A stretch of 64,000 bases of DNA. Source: an uncultured Cellulomonas sp. Its GTDB lineage: Bacteria; Actinomycetota; Actinomycetes; Actinomycetales; Cellulomonadaceae. Position 1 is the stretch's first letter, and each line of letters opens with the position of its first letter. A program made the position numbers and the translations under genes. Positions 46,179 through 55,449 of the stretch are shown here, piece after piece. The stretch is from assembly GCF_947494015.1 (NCBI RefSeq), contig NZ_CANLTL010000018.1:15429-79428 (forward strand), read 5' to 3'. The notes under the pieces are model-generated. The model saw only the letters and a program-made list of their open reading frames with translations, searched no databases and was not told the origin of the DNA.

Positions 46179-47609
46179 ATGCCGCTGGTCGCCGGGGTGG
46201 ACTCCTCCACCCAGTCCTGCAAGGTCGTCATCCGCGACGCCGACACCGGGGCGCTCGTGCGCTCCGGGCGCGCCTCGCACCCGGACGGCACGTCCGTCGA
46301 CCCGTCGCACTGGTGGGACGCGCTGCGGACCGCCATCGCCGACGCCGGCGGCCTGGCCGACGTCGCCGCGGTCGCCGTGGGCGGTCAGCAGCACGGCATG
46401 GTCGCGCTGGACGCCGACGGCGCCGTCATCCGGGACGCCCTGCTGTGGAACGACACCCGCTCGGCCGACGCGGCGGTCGACCTCATCCGCGAGCTCGGCG
46501 ACGGCGACGTCGAGGCCGGCACCGCGGCGTGGGCCGAGGCCACCGGGTCCGTCCCGGTCGCCTCGCTGACCGTCACGAAGCTGCGCTGGCTGCGCGACGC
46601 CGAGCCGGAGAACGCCGCCCGGGTCGCGGCGGTGGCCCTCCCCCACGACTGGCTGACCTGGAAGCTGTCCGGGTCGACCGACCTGGCCGACCTGACCACG
46701 GACCGCTCGGACGCCTCCGGTACCGGGTACTGGTCGCCGGTGACCGACGACTACCGCCGCGACCTGCTGGCCCTGGCCCTCGGTCGCGACGCGGACGACA
46801 TCGTCCTGCCGCGGGTCGTGGCGCCGGGCGCGCGGGCCGGCACGACGCCGGACGGCGCCGTGCTCGGTGCGGGCGCCGGCGACAACGCCGGCGCCGCGCT
46901 CGGCCTCGGCATGGTGGAGGGCGACGTCGCGGTGTCGATCGGGACGTCCGGCGTGGTCTCGGCCGTCTCGGCCGCCCCGACCACCGACGCCTCCGGCATG
47001 GTCAACGGCTTCGCCGACGCGACCGGCGCGTTCCTGCCGCTGGCGTGCACGCTGAACGCCTCGCGGGTGCTCGACGCCGCCGCCCGGATGCTGGGCGTGG
47101 ACCACGCCGGCCTGAGCGCGCTCGCGCTCAGCGCCCCGGCCGGGGCCGACGGGCTCGTCCTGGTGCCGTATCTGGAGGGTGAGCGCACCCCGAACAAGCC
47201 CGACGCCACCGGTGCCCTGCACGGCATGCGGCTGGCCAACACCACACCGGCTCACCTGGCGCGGTCGGCGGTCGAGGGCATGCTCTGCGCGCTCGCGGAC
47301 GGCCTGGACGCGCTGCGCGACCAGGGCGTCCCGGTGCGGACCCTGTCGCTCATCGGCGGCGGTGCGCAGTCCGAGGCGGTGCGCCGCATCGCGCCGTCCG
47401 TGTTCGGGCTCGATGTCGCCGTGCCGCCCCCCGGCGAGTACGTGGCCGACGGCGCCGCCCGCCAGGCGGCCTGGGCGCTGGCCGGGGGCCCGACCCCGCC
47501 CGCGTGGACGGCGGCCGGCGGAGCCGAGGTGTACACCGCACCGGCGCAGCCGCAGGTGCGCGAGCAGTACGCGGCGGTCCGCGACCTCACGGCGACCCGC
47601 ACGGCCTAG
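46179..47609 (+). CDS. xylB: Xylulokinase (FGGY family)
   Basis: [29 protein letters not shown] and LIGGGAQS are present. Confidence 0.92.
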   Translation: MPLVAGVDSSTQSCKVVIRDADTGALVRSGRASHPDGTSVDPSHWWDALRTAIADAGGLADVAAVAVGGQQHGMVALDADGAVIRDALLWNDTRSADAAVDLIRELGDGDVEAGTAAWAEATGSVPVASLTVTKLRWLRDAEPENAARVAAVALPHDWLTWKLSGSTDLADLTTDRSDASGTGYWSPVTDDYRRDLLALALGRDADDIVLPRVVAPGARAGTTPDGAVLGAGAGDNAGAALGLGMVEGDVAVSIGTSGVVSAVSAAPTTDASGMVNGFADATGAFLPLACTLNASRVLDAAARMLGVDHAGLSALALSAPAGADGLVLVPYLEGERTPNKPDATGALHGMRLANTTPAHLARSAVEGMLCALADGLDALRDQGVPVRTLSLIGGGAQSEAVRRIAPSVFGLDVAVPPPGEYVADGAARQAAWALAGGPTPPAWTAAGGAEVYTAPAQPQVREQYAAVRDLTATRTA

Positions 47610-47682
47610 CCGGCGGTGACGCCGTGCGCGCCGGCCACCGGCGCCGCGCCGGCACCGCGTGCCGCGCGGCGGCAGCGCACAT

Positions 47683-47724
47683 GACGACGGCCGGTCGGGG
47701 CGCTCGCCCCGGCCGGCCGTCGTC
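47683..47724. terminator. Bidirectional hairpin between convergent xylB and lsr2 (20-bp arms, one mismatch)
   Basis: GACGACGGCCGGTCGGGGCG-CT-CGCCCCGGCCGGCCGTCGTC is present. Confidence 0.55.
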
Positions 47725-47793
47725 GTCCATCGCGCGGTGACCTCGTGCAGACCACCGCGCGCACCCCGCGCCCGCGCGTGCGGACGGGGTGGG

Positions 47794-48147
47794 TCAGTGC
47801 GCGGCCTCGTAGGCGGCGCGGACCTCGGCCGAGATGCGGCCGCGCTCGGACACCTCGTGGCCGTTCTCGCGGGCCCACTCGCGGATGGCGGTCGCGTCGT
47901 TCGACGAGCCACCCGAGCGGCGGCCGGCCCCGCTGCCGCCCCGGGACTGCCGGCCCGAACCCCGCGAGCCGGAGCCCACCTTGCGCGCGTGCCCGACCCA
48001 GCGGGAGAACGACTCGCGCAGCTCGGCTGCGTGCTCGCTGGTGAGGTCGATCTCGTAGGAGACGCCGTCCAGGGAGAACGTGACCGTCTCCTCTGCCGTC
48101 CCGCCGTCGATGTCGTCGACCAGCAGGACCTGGACCTTCTGCGCCAT
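47794..48147 (-). CDS. lsr2: Lsr2 family nucleoid-associated protein
   Basis: ATG 48147 has GAGGAG 7 nt upstream. MAQKVQVLLVDDIDGG...VTFSLDGVSYEIDL is present, followed by a Gly/Arg/Ser linker. The C-terminus is IREWARENGHEVSERGRISAEVRAAYEAA. Confidence 0.9.
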   Translation of the reverse strand: MAQKVQVLLVDDIDGGTAEETVTFSLDGVSYEIDLTSEHAAELRESFSRWVGHARKVGSGSRGSGRQSRGGSGAGRRSGGSSNDATAIREWARENGHEVSERGRISAEVRAAYEAAH

Positions 48148-48487
48148 GTGTTTTCTCCTCACGTTTGTACGGGCGACAGACTTCACCCGGCTGGTCCCGA
48201 GCATGGCACCACGCACAAAGGCGCGTCAAAGACATCCACAATGCGCAGGTCGCAATTCGTCCGCCCGGACGCAATACCCGATCGGCAAAGCGTGCCCCGG
48301 TCAACCGGTACGCGTGCGGCATGTCACACCGCGGACGCGTTTAGCCAACCCGGAAAAGGGGTTCCGCGCGTGCGGCGCACATGCGGACGCCGACAGCGGC
48401 GCGGCCCGCATGCGGGGCCCGGCAGCGACGCGGGGCGCCCGCGAGGCCCGACAGCGGCGCGCGCCGGGGTCCGGCAGCGCTGCGCTC

Positions 48488-48682
48488 TCAGTCGCGAGCG
48501 GGCCGCACCGCAGCCGAGGACGGCGCCTGCGCGTGTGCGGCGGCCTCCTCGGCCTCCAGGCGCGCCATGGCGGCACGCTCGTTGCGATCGGCGTTCATCA
48601 AGGCGCGGATCGCGATGGCGAACAGCACACCGACGCCGATCGGCGGTGTGAGCGCCGCGGCAGCGGCCCAGAAGGTGTCCAC
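48488..48682 (-). CDS. Small hypothetical membrane protein (64 aa)
   Basis: GTG start. One hydrophobic helix (FWAAAAALTPPIGVGVLFAIAIRALM) is followed by a charged tail. The third codon position is almost all G/C while the second is mixed, which is a coding-like pattern. No clear SD is present. Confidence 0.4.
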   Translation of the reverse strand: MDTFWAAAAALTPPIGVGVLFAIAIRALMNADRNERAAMARLEAEEAAAHAQAPSSAAVRPARD

Positions 48683-48758
48683 GGCCAGCAGTCTACGCCG
48701 TCGCCGTCGCCGTCGCCGCGGGCGCCGGCCCGCCGCGGACCGGCGCCCGCACGAACGC

Positions 48759-50291
48759 TCAGCCGAGCGGCTTCACGAGCGGGAAGAGAATGGTCTCGCG
48801 GATACCGAGCCCGGTGAGCGCCATGAGCAGCCGGTCGATCCCCATGCCCATTCCGCCGGACGGCGGCATCGCGTACTCCATGGCGAGCAGGAAGTCCTCG
48901 TCGACGACCATCGCCTCGTCGTCGCCGGCCGCGGCGAGCAGCGCCTGGGCCTCGAAGCGCTCGCGCTGCACGACCGGGTCGACGAGCTCGGAGTACGCCG
49001 TGGCCAGCTCCATGCCCCGCATGTACAGGTCCCACTTCTCGACCCGCCCGGGCAGCGACCGGTGCGCCCGGGTCAGCGGCGAGGTCTCGACCGGGAAGTC
49101 GCGGACGAACGTGGGGGCGTGCAGGTGGTCGCCGACCAGGTGCTCCCACACCTCCTCGACGAGCTTGCCGTGGGTCGCCCGGGCCGGGTCGACGGACAGG
49201 CCGAGCCGGTCGGCGTGCGTCTGGAGGTGGGCCACCGGCGTGCTGGGCGTGATCTCCTCCCCGAGCGCCTCGGACAGGGACGTGTACAGGCTCAGCTGCG
49301 TCCAGGTCCCGCCGAGGTCGTACCCCTGGCCGTCGGCGAGGGTGACCGTCGTCGTGCCGAGCACGTCCAGCGCGGCCTGCTGCACGAGGTCGCGGGTGAG
49401 CTCGGCCATCGAGTCGTAGTCGCCGTAGGCCTCGTACGCCTCGAGGGTCGCGAACTCCGGCGAGTGCGTGGAGTCGACGCCCTCGTTGCGGAAGCTCCGG
49501 TTGATCTCGAAGACCCGCTCGATGCCGCCGACCACCGCCCGCTTGAGGTACAGCTCGGGCGCGATCCGCAACGACAGGTCCAGGTCGAAGGCGTTCATGT
49601 GGGTCGTGAACGGCCGCGCGGCCGCGCCGCCGTGCACGGTCTGGAGCATGGGCGTCTCCACCTCGAGGTACCCGCGCCGGTGGAAGTTCTCCCGCAGCGA
49701 GCGCACCACGCCGGCGCGCAGCAGCACGGTCTGGCGGGCGGCGGGCCGCGCGATGAGGTCGACGTAGCGCTGGCGGACCCGGGCCTCCTCGGACAGGTCC
49801 TTGTGCAGCACCGGCAACGGCCGCAGCGCCTTGGCGGCGAGCTGCCAGTCGTCGGCGAAGACCGACAGCTCACCGCGACGTGAGCTGATCACCCGGCCGT
49901 GGGCGAACAGGTGGTCGCCGAGGTCGACGTCGGCCTTGAACGCGGTCAGCGACGCCTCCCCCACGACGCCCTGGCTGAGCATGACCTGCAGGCGGTCGCC
50001 GGCGCCGTCCTGCAGCGTGACGAAGCAGAGCTTGCCGGTGTTGCGCAGGTAGACCACCCGGCCGGCGACGCCGACGACGTCGTCGGTCTCCTCGCCCGCG
50101 GTCAGGTCGGCGTGCGCCGCCCGGACGGCGCCGATGGAGTGGGTGCGCGGCACCGAGACGGGGTAGGCCTCCTGCCCGGTCGCCAGCAGCCGCTCGCGCT
50201 TCTCCCGACGGACCCGCATCTGCTCGGGGAGCTCGTCGACCGCCTCGGCGGGGACGTCGGTGCGGTCGGGCACGGCGGGGGTGTCACTCAC
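48759..50291 (-). CDS. lysS: Lysine--tRNA ligase (class II)
   Basis: An OB-fold N-domain ([19 protein letters not shown]) is present. Class II motifs are [14 protein letters not shown] and [15 protein letters not shown]. Confidence 0.95.
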   Translation of the reverse strand: MSDTPAVPDRTDVPAEAVDELPEQMRVRREKRERLLATGQEAYPVSVPRTHSIGAVRAAHADLTAGEETDDVVGVAGRVVYLRNTGKLCFVTLQDGAGDRLQVMLSQGVVGEASLTAFKADVDLGDHLFAHGRVISSRRGELSVFADDWQLAAKALRPLPVLHKDLSEEARVRQRYVDLIARPAARQTVLLRAGVVRSLRENFHRRGYLEVETPMLQTVHGGAAARPFTTHMNAFDLDLSLRIAPELYLKRAVVGGIERVFEINRSFRNEGVDSTHSPEFATLEAYEAYGDYDSMAELTRDLVQQAALDVLGTTTVTLADGQGYDLGGTWTQLSLYTSLSEALGEEITPSTPVAHLQTHADRLGLSVDPARATHGKLVEEVWEHLVGDHLHAPTFVRDFPVETSPLTRAHRSLPGRVEKWDLYMRGMELATAYSELVDPVVQRERFEAQALLAAAGDDEAMVVDEDFLLAMEYAMPPSGGMGMGIDRLLMALTGLGIRETILFPLVKPLG

Positions 50292-50353
50292 CCACCGATC
50301 CTACCGAGCGACGACGGCCCGCCCGTGCGCCGGGCCTGCCGAGACGCCCGGCG

Positions 50354-50806
50354 TCAGCCGCGCAGGCTGGCCAGTGCGACGCCGCTCGGGTGCAGCCCGC
50401 CGTGCATGTCGCGGGCCTCGTCCGGCACCTGGCCGGGGTCCCCGGACAGGTCCATGACCCGGTTCTGCTCGTCGACGAACACCACGTGCGGGCTGTAGGT
50501 GCGCGCCTCGGCGTCGTCGAGCATGCCGTAGGCGATGAGGATGACCAGGTCGCCCGGATCCACCAGGTGCGCGGCCGCGCCGTTGATGCAGATCTGCCCC
50601 GCACCGCGCTCCCCGGGGATCGCGTAGGTGGTCAGCCGCGCCCCGTTGGTGACGTCGACCACGTCCACCTGCTGGCCGGGCAGCAGGTCGGCGGCGTCCA
50701 GCAGGTCGGCGTCGACCGTGATCGACCCGACGTAGTGCAGGTCGGCCTGGGTGACCGTGGCCCGGTGGATCTTGCTGATCATCATCGGGCGCTGCAGGGA
50801 CGTCAT
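50354..50806 (-). CDS. panD: Aspartate 1-decarboxylase (pyruvoyl-dependent)
   Basis: [24 protein letters not shown] contains the Gly-Ser self-cleavage site. The ATG overlaps the panC stop (ATGA). Confidence 0.92.
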   Translation of the reverse strand: MTSLQRPMMISKIHRATVTQADLHYVGSITVDADLLDAADLLPGQQVDVVDVTNGARLTTYAIPGERGAGQICINGAAAHLVDPGDLVILIAYGMLDDAEARTYSPHVVFVDEQNRVMDLSGDPGQVPDEARDMHGGLHPSGVALASLRG

Positions 50807-51714
50807 GCGCTCTCCAGGGACTGTCGGCCCAGCCGCAGCAGGGCGTTGTCGATGAGGCGGGTCGAACCGACCCGCGCGGCGACGGCGAACACCGCCGCAC
50901 CCGTGTGGTCCGGCGGGACCTCCTGTGCAGTCAACGGGTCCACCAGGACGGCGTATTCCACCACGACGTCCGCCCCGTCCAGGACCTCGTGCGCGGCGGC
51001 GCGGACCGCGGCGGCCGTCCCGTCGACCTCGGCGGCCTGCTCGGCGGCACGTACGGCGCGGGACAGCGCCAGCGCCCGGGTGCGCTCGGCGGCCGACAGG
51101 TACGCGTTGCGCGAGGACAGCGCGAGGCCGTCGGCGTCGCGCTCGGTGGGCACGGCGACGACGTCGACGGCCACGTCGAGGTCGTGGACCATCCGCCGCA
51201 CGGCCATGAGCTGCTGGGCGTCCTTCTGGCCGAACAGCGCCACCCCGGGCCGCACGAGGTGCAGCAGCTTGAGCACGACGGTGAGCACGCCGTCGAGGTG
51301 GCCGGGCCGGGCGGCACCCTCCAGCACCTGGCCGATGGCCCCGGCGCTGACCCGCACGACCGGGTCGCCGTCCGGGTACACGACGTCCGGCGTCGGGGCG
51401 AAGACGACGTCGGCCCCGGCCGTGGCGAGCAGGCTCAGGTCGCCGTCGAGGTCGCGGGGGTAGCGGTCGAGGTCCTCGCCCGGGCCGAACTGCAGGGGGT
51501 TGACGAAGATCGTCACGACCACCTGGTCGGCGAGCTCGCGCGCGGCGCGGACCAGCGCCAGGTGACCGTCGTGCAGGGCGCCCATCGTCATGACCACGGC
51601 CCGGCGGTCGTCCGTCCCGGTCGCCAGCGCCGACCTCAGCTCGGCGCGGGTGCGCACCAGGCGCGGGGCCGCGCCGGCGGGCGGGCCATCGGTCGGGCGG
51701 GCGTCGTCGGTCAT
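50803..51714 (-). CDS. panC: Pantoate--beta-alanine ligase
   Basis: [22 protein letters not shown] and FGQKDAQQL are present. The ATG overlaps the upstream stop (ATGA). Confidence 0.93.
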   Translation of the reverse strand: MTDDARPTDGPPAGAAPRLVRTRAELRSALATGTDDRRAVVMTMGALHDGHLALVRAARELADQVVVTIFVNPLQFGPGEDLDRYPRDLDGDLSLLATAGADVVFAPTPDVVYPDGDPVVRVSAGAIGQVLEGAARPGHLDGVLTVVLKLLHLVRPGVALFGQKDAQQLMAVRRMVHDLDVAVDVVAVPTERDADGLALSSRNAYLSAAERTRALALSRAVRAAEQAAEVDGTAAAVRAAAHEVLDGADVVVEYAVLVDPLTAQEVPPDHTGAAVFAVAARVGSTRLIDNALLRLGRQSLESA

Positions 51715-52760
51715 GCGGGGTCCTCCGGGGTGTCGGGTGGTCGGGGCGGCGGTGACGCGGGGCCCGGCGTCCCGGCCGGGCCGGGCGGGCGGGCGCCGTC
51801 CGGTGGCGGGGGCGGGTCCGTCAACGCGTCCAGCAGCGCCTGGGCGGCGTCCTCGCGGAGGCGTCCGGCCGCGAGGGCACGCTGGGTCCCGGACCGGGCG
51901 AGGGCGCGGTAGCCCTCGGGGACGTCCAGGGCGGCGTCCCGCGCCGCGAGAGCGGTCAGCTCGGCGAGGTGGTCGACGACGGTGCCGACGTCACCGCGCG
52001 CGACCGGGCCGGTCAGGGTGGCGATGGCCCCGGGGCCGTCGGTCACCGACGACGCCCGCAGCGCGCCGTCGAGCGCCGCGCCGAGCAGCGGACCGAGCAC
52101 CCGGCCGGGGTCCTCCACGCCGGCGGCCGTCAGCGCCTGCGCCGCCTGGGCGACCAGCACGACGAGGTGGTTCGCACCGTGCGCCAGCGCCGCGTGGTAC
52201 AGCGGGCGGGCCTCCTCCGCGACGACGACGGGCTCGCCGCCGAGCTCCACCACGAGCGCCTGGGCGATCGGCAGCACGGGGGCCGGGGCGGTCACCGCGA
52301 AGCAGCAGCCGACCAGCCGGGCCAGGTCCAGCGACGTGCCGGTGAAGGTCATCGCGGGGTGCACGGCGAGCGGGATGGCGCCCGCGGCGCGGGCGGGTGC
52401 CAGCACGGCGGTGCCGTACCGGCCGGACGTGTGCAGCACGAGCTGCCCGGGCTGCCAGGCGCGGACCTCGGCGAGCCCCGCGACCAGCGGCGCAAGGGCG
52501 TCGTCCGGCACGGTGAGCAGGATGAGCTCGGCGCGCTCGACGACGTCGGGCACCTCGAGCACGGGCACGCCGGGCAGCAGCGCGTCGATGCGGTCACGCG
52601 AGCCCGCGGAGATGCCGCTGGCCGCCACGACGGGGTGCCCGACCGAACGCAGCGCACAGCCCAGGACGGCGCCCACCCGGCCGGCACCCACGACGCCGAC
52701 GCCGAGCCGCCCCGGCCGCGTGCCGCGTGCCGCCGGGTCCCCGGCCCCGGGGACCGTCAC
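51711..52760 (-). CDS. Rossmann-like and DUF2520 domain-containing protein
   Basis: GTG 52760 overlaps the upstream TGA (GTGA). The GxGxxG motif is [14 protein letters not shown]. The C-terminus is Pro-rich. The N-terminal part of ORF 51711..54143 is rejected. Confidence 0.8.
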   Translation of the reverse strand: MTVPGAGDPAARGTRPGRLGVGVVGAGRVGAVLGCALRSVGHPVVAASGISAGSRDRIDALLPGVPVLEVPDVVERAELILLTVPDDALAPLVAGLAEVRAWQPGQLVLHTSGRYGTAVLAPARAAGAIPLAVHPAMTFTGTSLDLARLVGCCFAVTAPAPVLPIAQALVVELGGEPVVVAEEARPLYHAALAHGANHLVVLVAQAAQALTAAGVEDPGRVLGPLLGAALDGALRASSVTDGPGAIATLTGPVARGDVGTVVDHLAELTALAARDAALDVPEGYRALARSGTQRALAAGRLREDAAQALLDALTDPPPPPDGARPPGPAGTPGPASPPPRPPDTPEDPA

Positions 52761-54307
52761 GAGGCGGGGCCGGGCTCGACGGCGGAGCGCATCCACTGCT
52801 CCGGGCCGGCGCCGGCGCGCGCGGTGCGGGCCCGCCGGGTCTGCTCGTCGAGCAGCCGCGCGGCCACGTCGACGGCCAGGTGCGGCACGCGGGGGCTGAC
52901 CGGTCCGGGCGTGGAGTGCACGGCGAGCGACGCCACCCCCAGGCGACGCTGCAGCGGCCCCTGCTCGACGCCGAGCGACTGGGTCCGCTCGTGCGGGACG
53001 ACCACCAGCCGGCGCACGAGGCGACCGCTGCGGATGAGCAGCGCCCGCTCGGTCACCCGGTACCCCGTGCGGCGCCACGCCCACGGGTCCAGCCAACGCG
53101 CCCGCCGGGGGATGGTGGTGAAGCCGCCCTCGTCGCCGGTCCCCTCCAGGGCGGCCGTGAGCACCCCCCGCGGGTCGTCGGTGCCGAGGTCCGGCAGGAC
53201 GAGCCAGACGGCGGTGAGCGCCTCGTCGCGGTCGCCGACCGGGAGCAGGACGTTCTCGGCGGCGGAATCCTGCGCGCCGCCGTACCCGGCGACGTTCACC
53301 TCGACGCGCCACCAGCCGCTGCGCCGCCACAGCAGCCCCTGCTGCACCTTGAGCGCCTGCACACGGCCGGGCGGCACGGTCTGCGAGCGCGACTCGAGCA
53401 GCCCGTGCCGCAACCGGATGCCGTCGGGCGAGATGGCGGCGTGGAAGTTGAAGTCGCGGGAGAACTGGCTCCAGAAGACGCCCGCGACGCCGAGGAAGCC
53501 CGGCGCGAGCGCGAGCGCCGCGGTCGGCTCCCCGGTGACCGCGATGATGACCGCGACCGCGACCAGGCCCAGCACGAGCCCGACCGCCGCCCCCGAGCGG
53601 ATCATCGCGCCGACCACCCGGGACGCGGGCACCTCGAGGACCGGCTGCTCGGGCGCGGACTCGGCCGGCTGGCCCTCCTGCCGGCGCAGCCCGGCCGCCC
53701 GGGCGAGCAGCTCGGCGCGCAACGTGTCGGCCTGGTCCTCCTTGAGGAAGGCGAGGGAGACGGCGGAGCCCGGCCCGCCGGCCACCTCGAGCTTGAGCTC
53801 GGCCAGGCCGAGCAGCCGCGCCAGGATGGGCTGCACGACGTCGACGGCCTGCAGGCGGTCCAGCCGCGCCTTGCGCTGCTGACGGAACAGCACGCCGCTG
53901 TGCAGGTAGACGGCCTCGTCGTCGAGCGCGTAGCGCGTCATCCGCCAGGCGAGCGCGGCGTACCCGAAGGCGAGCAGGGCCGCGCCGGCCAGCACCGCGA
54001 GCGCGACGAGCCAGCCCCGACCGGCGAGCAGGTCCCGCGCCTGGACGACGTCGTCGCTGAACTGCTGGGCGGCGATCACCACCAGCACGACGACGACCTT
54101 CCAGCCCTTCACCGCGGGGGTCACCGGGTGCATCCGGTTCCACTCCAGGCCGGCCGGCGCGGTGGCGGCGGCACCCGTCACCACCGTCGCCTCGTCGGGA
54201 CCCGCCGGGGCGCCGGTGGGCGGTGCGGTGGCCGGCGCGGTGATGGTCGTCGGCGCCGGGTCGGGGACGTCCGCCCTGGCCGGGCCGGGGTCGGCCGGGG
54301 TGGTCAC
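52757..54307 (-). CDS. PH (bPH_2) domain-containing membrane protein, YdbT-like
   Basis: GTG 54307 overlaps the upstream TGA (GTGA). The pattern YALDDEAVYLHSGVLFRQQRKARLDRLQAV recurs as HAAISPDGIRLRHGLLESRSQTVPPGRVQAL and YRVTERALLIRSGRLVRRLVVVPHERTQSL, with TM pairs between the copies. Confidence 0.75.
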   Translation of the reverse strand: MTTPADPGPARADVPDPAPTTITAPATAPPTGAPAGPDEATVVTGAAATAPAGLEWNRMHPVTPAVKGWKVVVVLVVIAAQQFSDDVVQARDLLAGRGWLVALAVLAGAALLAFGYAALAWRMTRYALDDEAVYLHSGVLFRQQRKARLDRLQAVDVVQPILARLLGLAELKLEVAGGPGSAVSLAFLKEDQADTLRAELLARAAGLRRQEGQPAESAPEQPVLEVPASRVVGAMIRSGAAVGLVLGLVAVAVIIAVTGEPTAALALAPGFLGVAGVFWSQFSRDFNFHAAISPDGIRLRHGLLESRSQTVPPGRVQALKVQQGLLWRRSGWWRVEVNVAGYGGAQDSAAENVLLPVGDRDEALTAVWLVLPDLGTDDPRGVLTAALEGTGDEGGFTTIPRRARWLDPWAWRRTGYRVTERALLIRSGRLVRRLVVVPHERTQSLGVEQGPLQRRLGVASLAVHSTPGPVSPRVPHLAVDVAARLLDEQTRRARTARAGAGPEQWMRSAVEPGPAS

Positions 54308-54807
54308 AACCCCGCCAGCCGGGCTTCGCCCCGGGACGCGAGCTGGTCGCGCAGGCGTGCCGCCTCCTGCGGCGGGAGCCCGTCGATGGCGGCGTCGGTC
54401 CCGGGCGAGGCGGTGTGCAGCTGGACCTGCGCGATGCCGAACGCGCGCCCCAGCGGACCGGCCTGGACGTCGACGTACTGCATGCGCCCGTAGGGCACCA
54501 CGACCATCGACCGGAACACGATGCCCTTGCGGATCAGCAGGTCGTCGGCGCGCTCGGCGTACCCGATCGCCCGGACCTGGCGCGGCACGAGCACCGCGAT
54601 CCACAGGCCGAGCACGGCGATCGCCGCGGGGAACGCCCACACCCAGGTCGCGCCGGTGAGGACCGCGGTGACGGCCGCGGCGAGCAGCGGCACCCCGAGG
54701 ACGATCGCGGTCGTCGCCAGGCGTGCGGTCGCCAGACGTGGGGAGACGGGCTGCCAGTCGACGCCGTCGGGCTCGAACGGCCCGTCGCCGGGGCGCGGGG
54801 TGCTCAT
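54304..54807 (-). CDS. PH (bPH_2) domain-containing membrane protein, YdbS-like
   Basis: Two TM segments are followed by YAERADDLLIRKGIVFRSMVVVPYGRMQYVDVQAGPL. Confidence 0.8.
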   Translation of the reverse strand: MSTPRPGDGPFEPDGVDWQPVSPRLATARLATTAIVLGVPLLAAAVTAVLTGATWVWAFPAAIAVLGLWIAVLVPRQVRAIGYAERADDLLIRKGIVFRSMVVVPYGRMQYVDVQAGPLGRAFGIAQVQLHTASPGTDAAIDGLPPQEAARLRDQLASRGEARLAGL

Positions 54808-54957
54808 GCCACCATCCTTCCACCGGCGACCGACGCCGTGGTCACCGGCGGGCGGGACCCCGGGCCGCGGCGGCCGCGGGCCGTCCCGGGACCGGCCGGC
54901 ACCCCGCCCGGCAGCCGGGCGCCGGCGCGCCGCCGCCCCCCCGGCGCCCGCCGGGCG

Positions 54958-55449
54958 TCAGATCGCCGCAGGATCGGTGCCGTCGGGGGCGCCCTTCTCG
55001 GCGGCGTCGTCGGACGGCGGCGGGATGCGGCACAGGTGCTCGACCACCAGCCCGACCACGGCCAGCACGGCGGCCCCGAGCGCCGCGACGCCGGCGGCGA
55101 CCGCGCGCTCGCGCTGGGAGTCGATCTCGAGGTCGCCCAGGACGACGAGGACCTGTGCGGCGTACCAGCCCAGCAGGGAGGCGCCGGTGTAGCAGGAGGC
55201 CTTGGCGAGCACGGCGGTCCGGGCCGCCCGCACCGGGTCCAGGTCGGGACGTCGGCCCTGCAGGAACTGCCGGACCGCCCAGCCCATCCGCAGCACCCCC
55301 CCGGCGATGACGAGCATGACCACCACCACCGGCCACGACACCGGTGGCGGGACCAGGCCCTGCCCGCGCAGCACGCCGAGCAGGCTCCACGCCACGGCGG
55401 TCACGACGACGGCGACCGCGACCAGCGTCTGCCAGCGGGTCCGCGCCAT
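54958..55449 (-). CDS. DUF3180 domain-containing membrane protein
   Basis: ATG 55449 overlaps the folB-folK stop by 1 nt (TGATG). Four hydrophobic segments are present. It occupies the conserved position downstream of folK. Confidence 0.75.
   Translation of the reverse strand: MARTRWQTLVAVAVVVTAVAWSLLGVLRGQGLVPPPVSWPVVVVMLVIAGGVLRMGWAVRQFLQGRRPDLDPVRAARTAVLAKASCYTGASLLGWYAAQVLVVLGDLEIDSQRERAVAAGVAALGAAVLAVVGLVVEHLCRIPPPSDDAAEKGAPDGTDPAAI

Noticed and set aside
48381-49883. 500-aa plus-strand ORF, with others such as 49899..50498 and 50390..51463, opposite lysS, panD and panC.
   Set aside because: They are antisense shadows of strongly supported housekeeping genes, with Arg/Gly-rich composition and no motifs.
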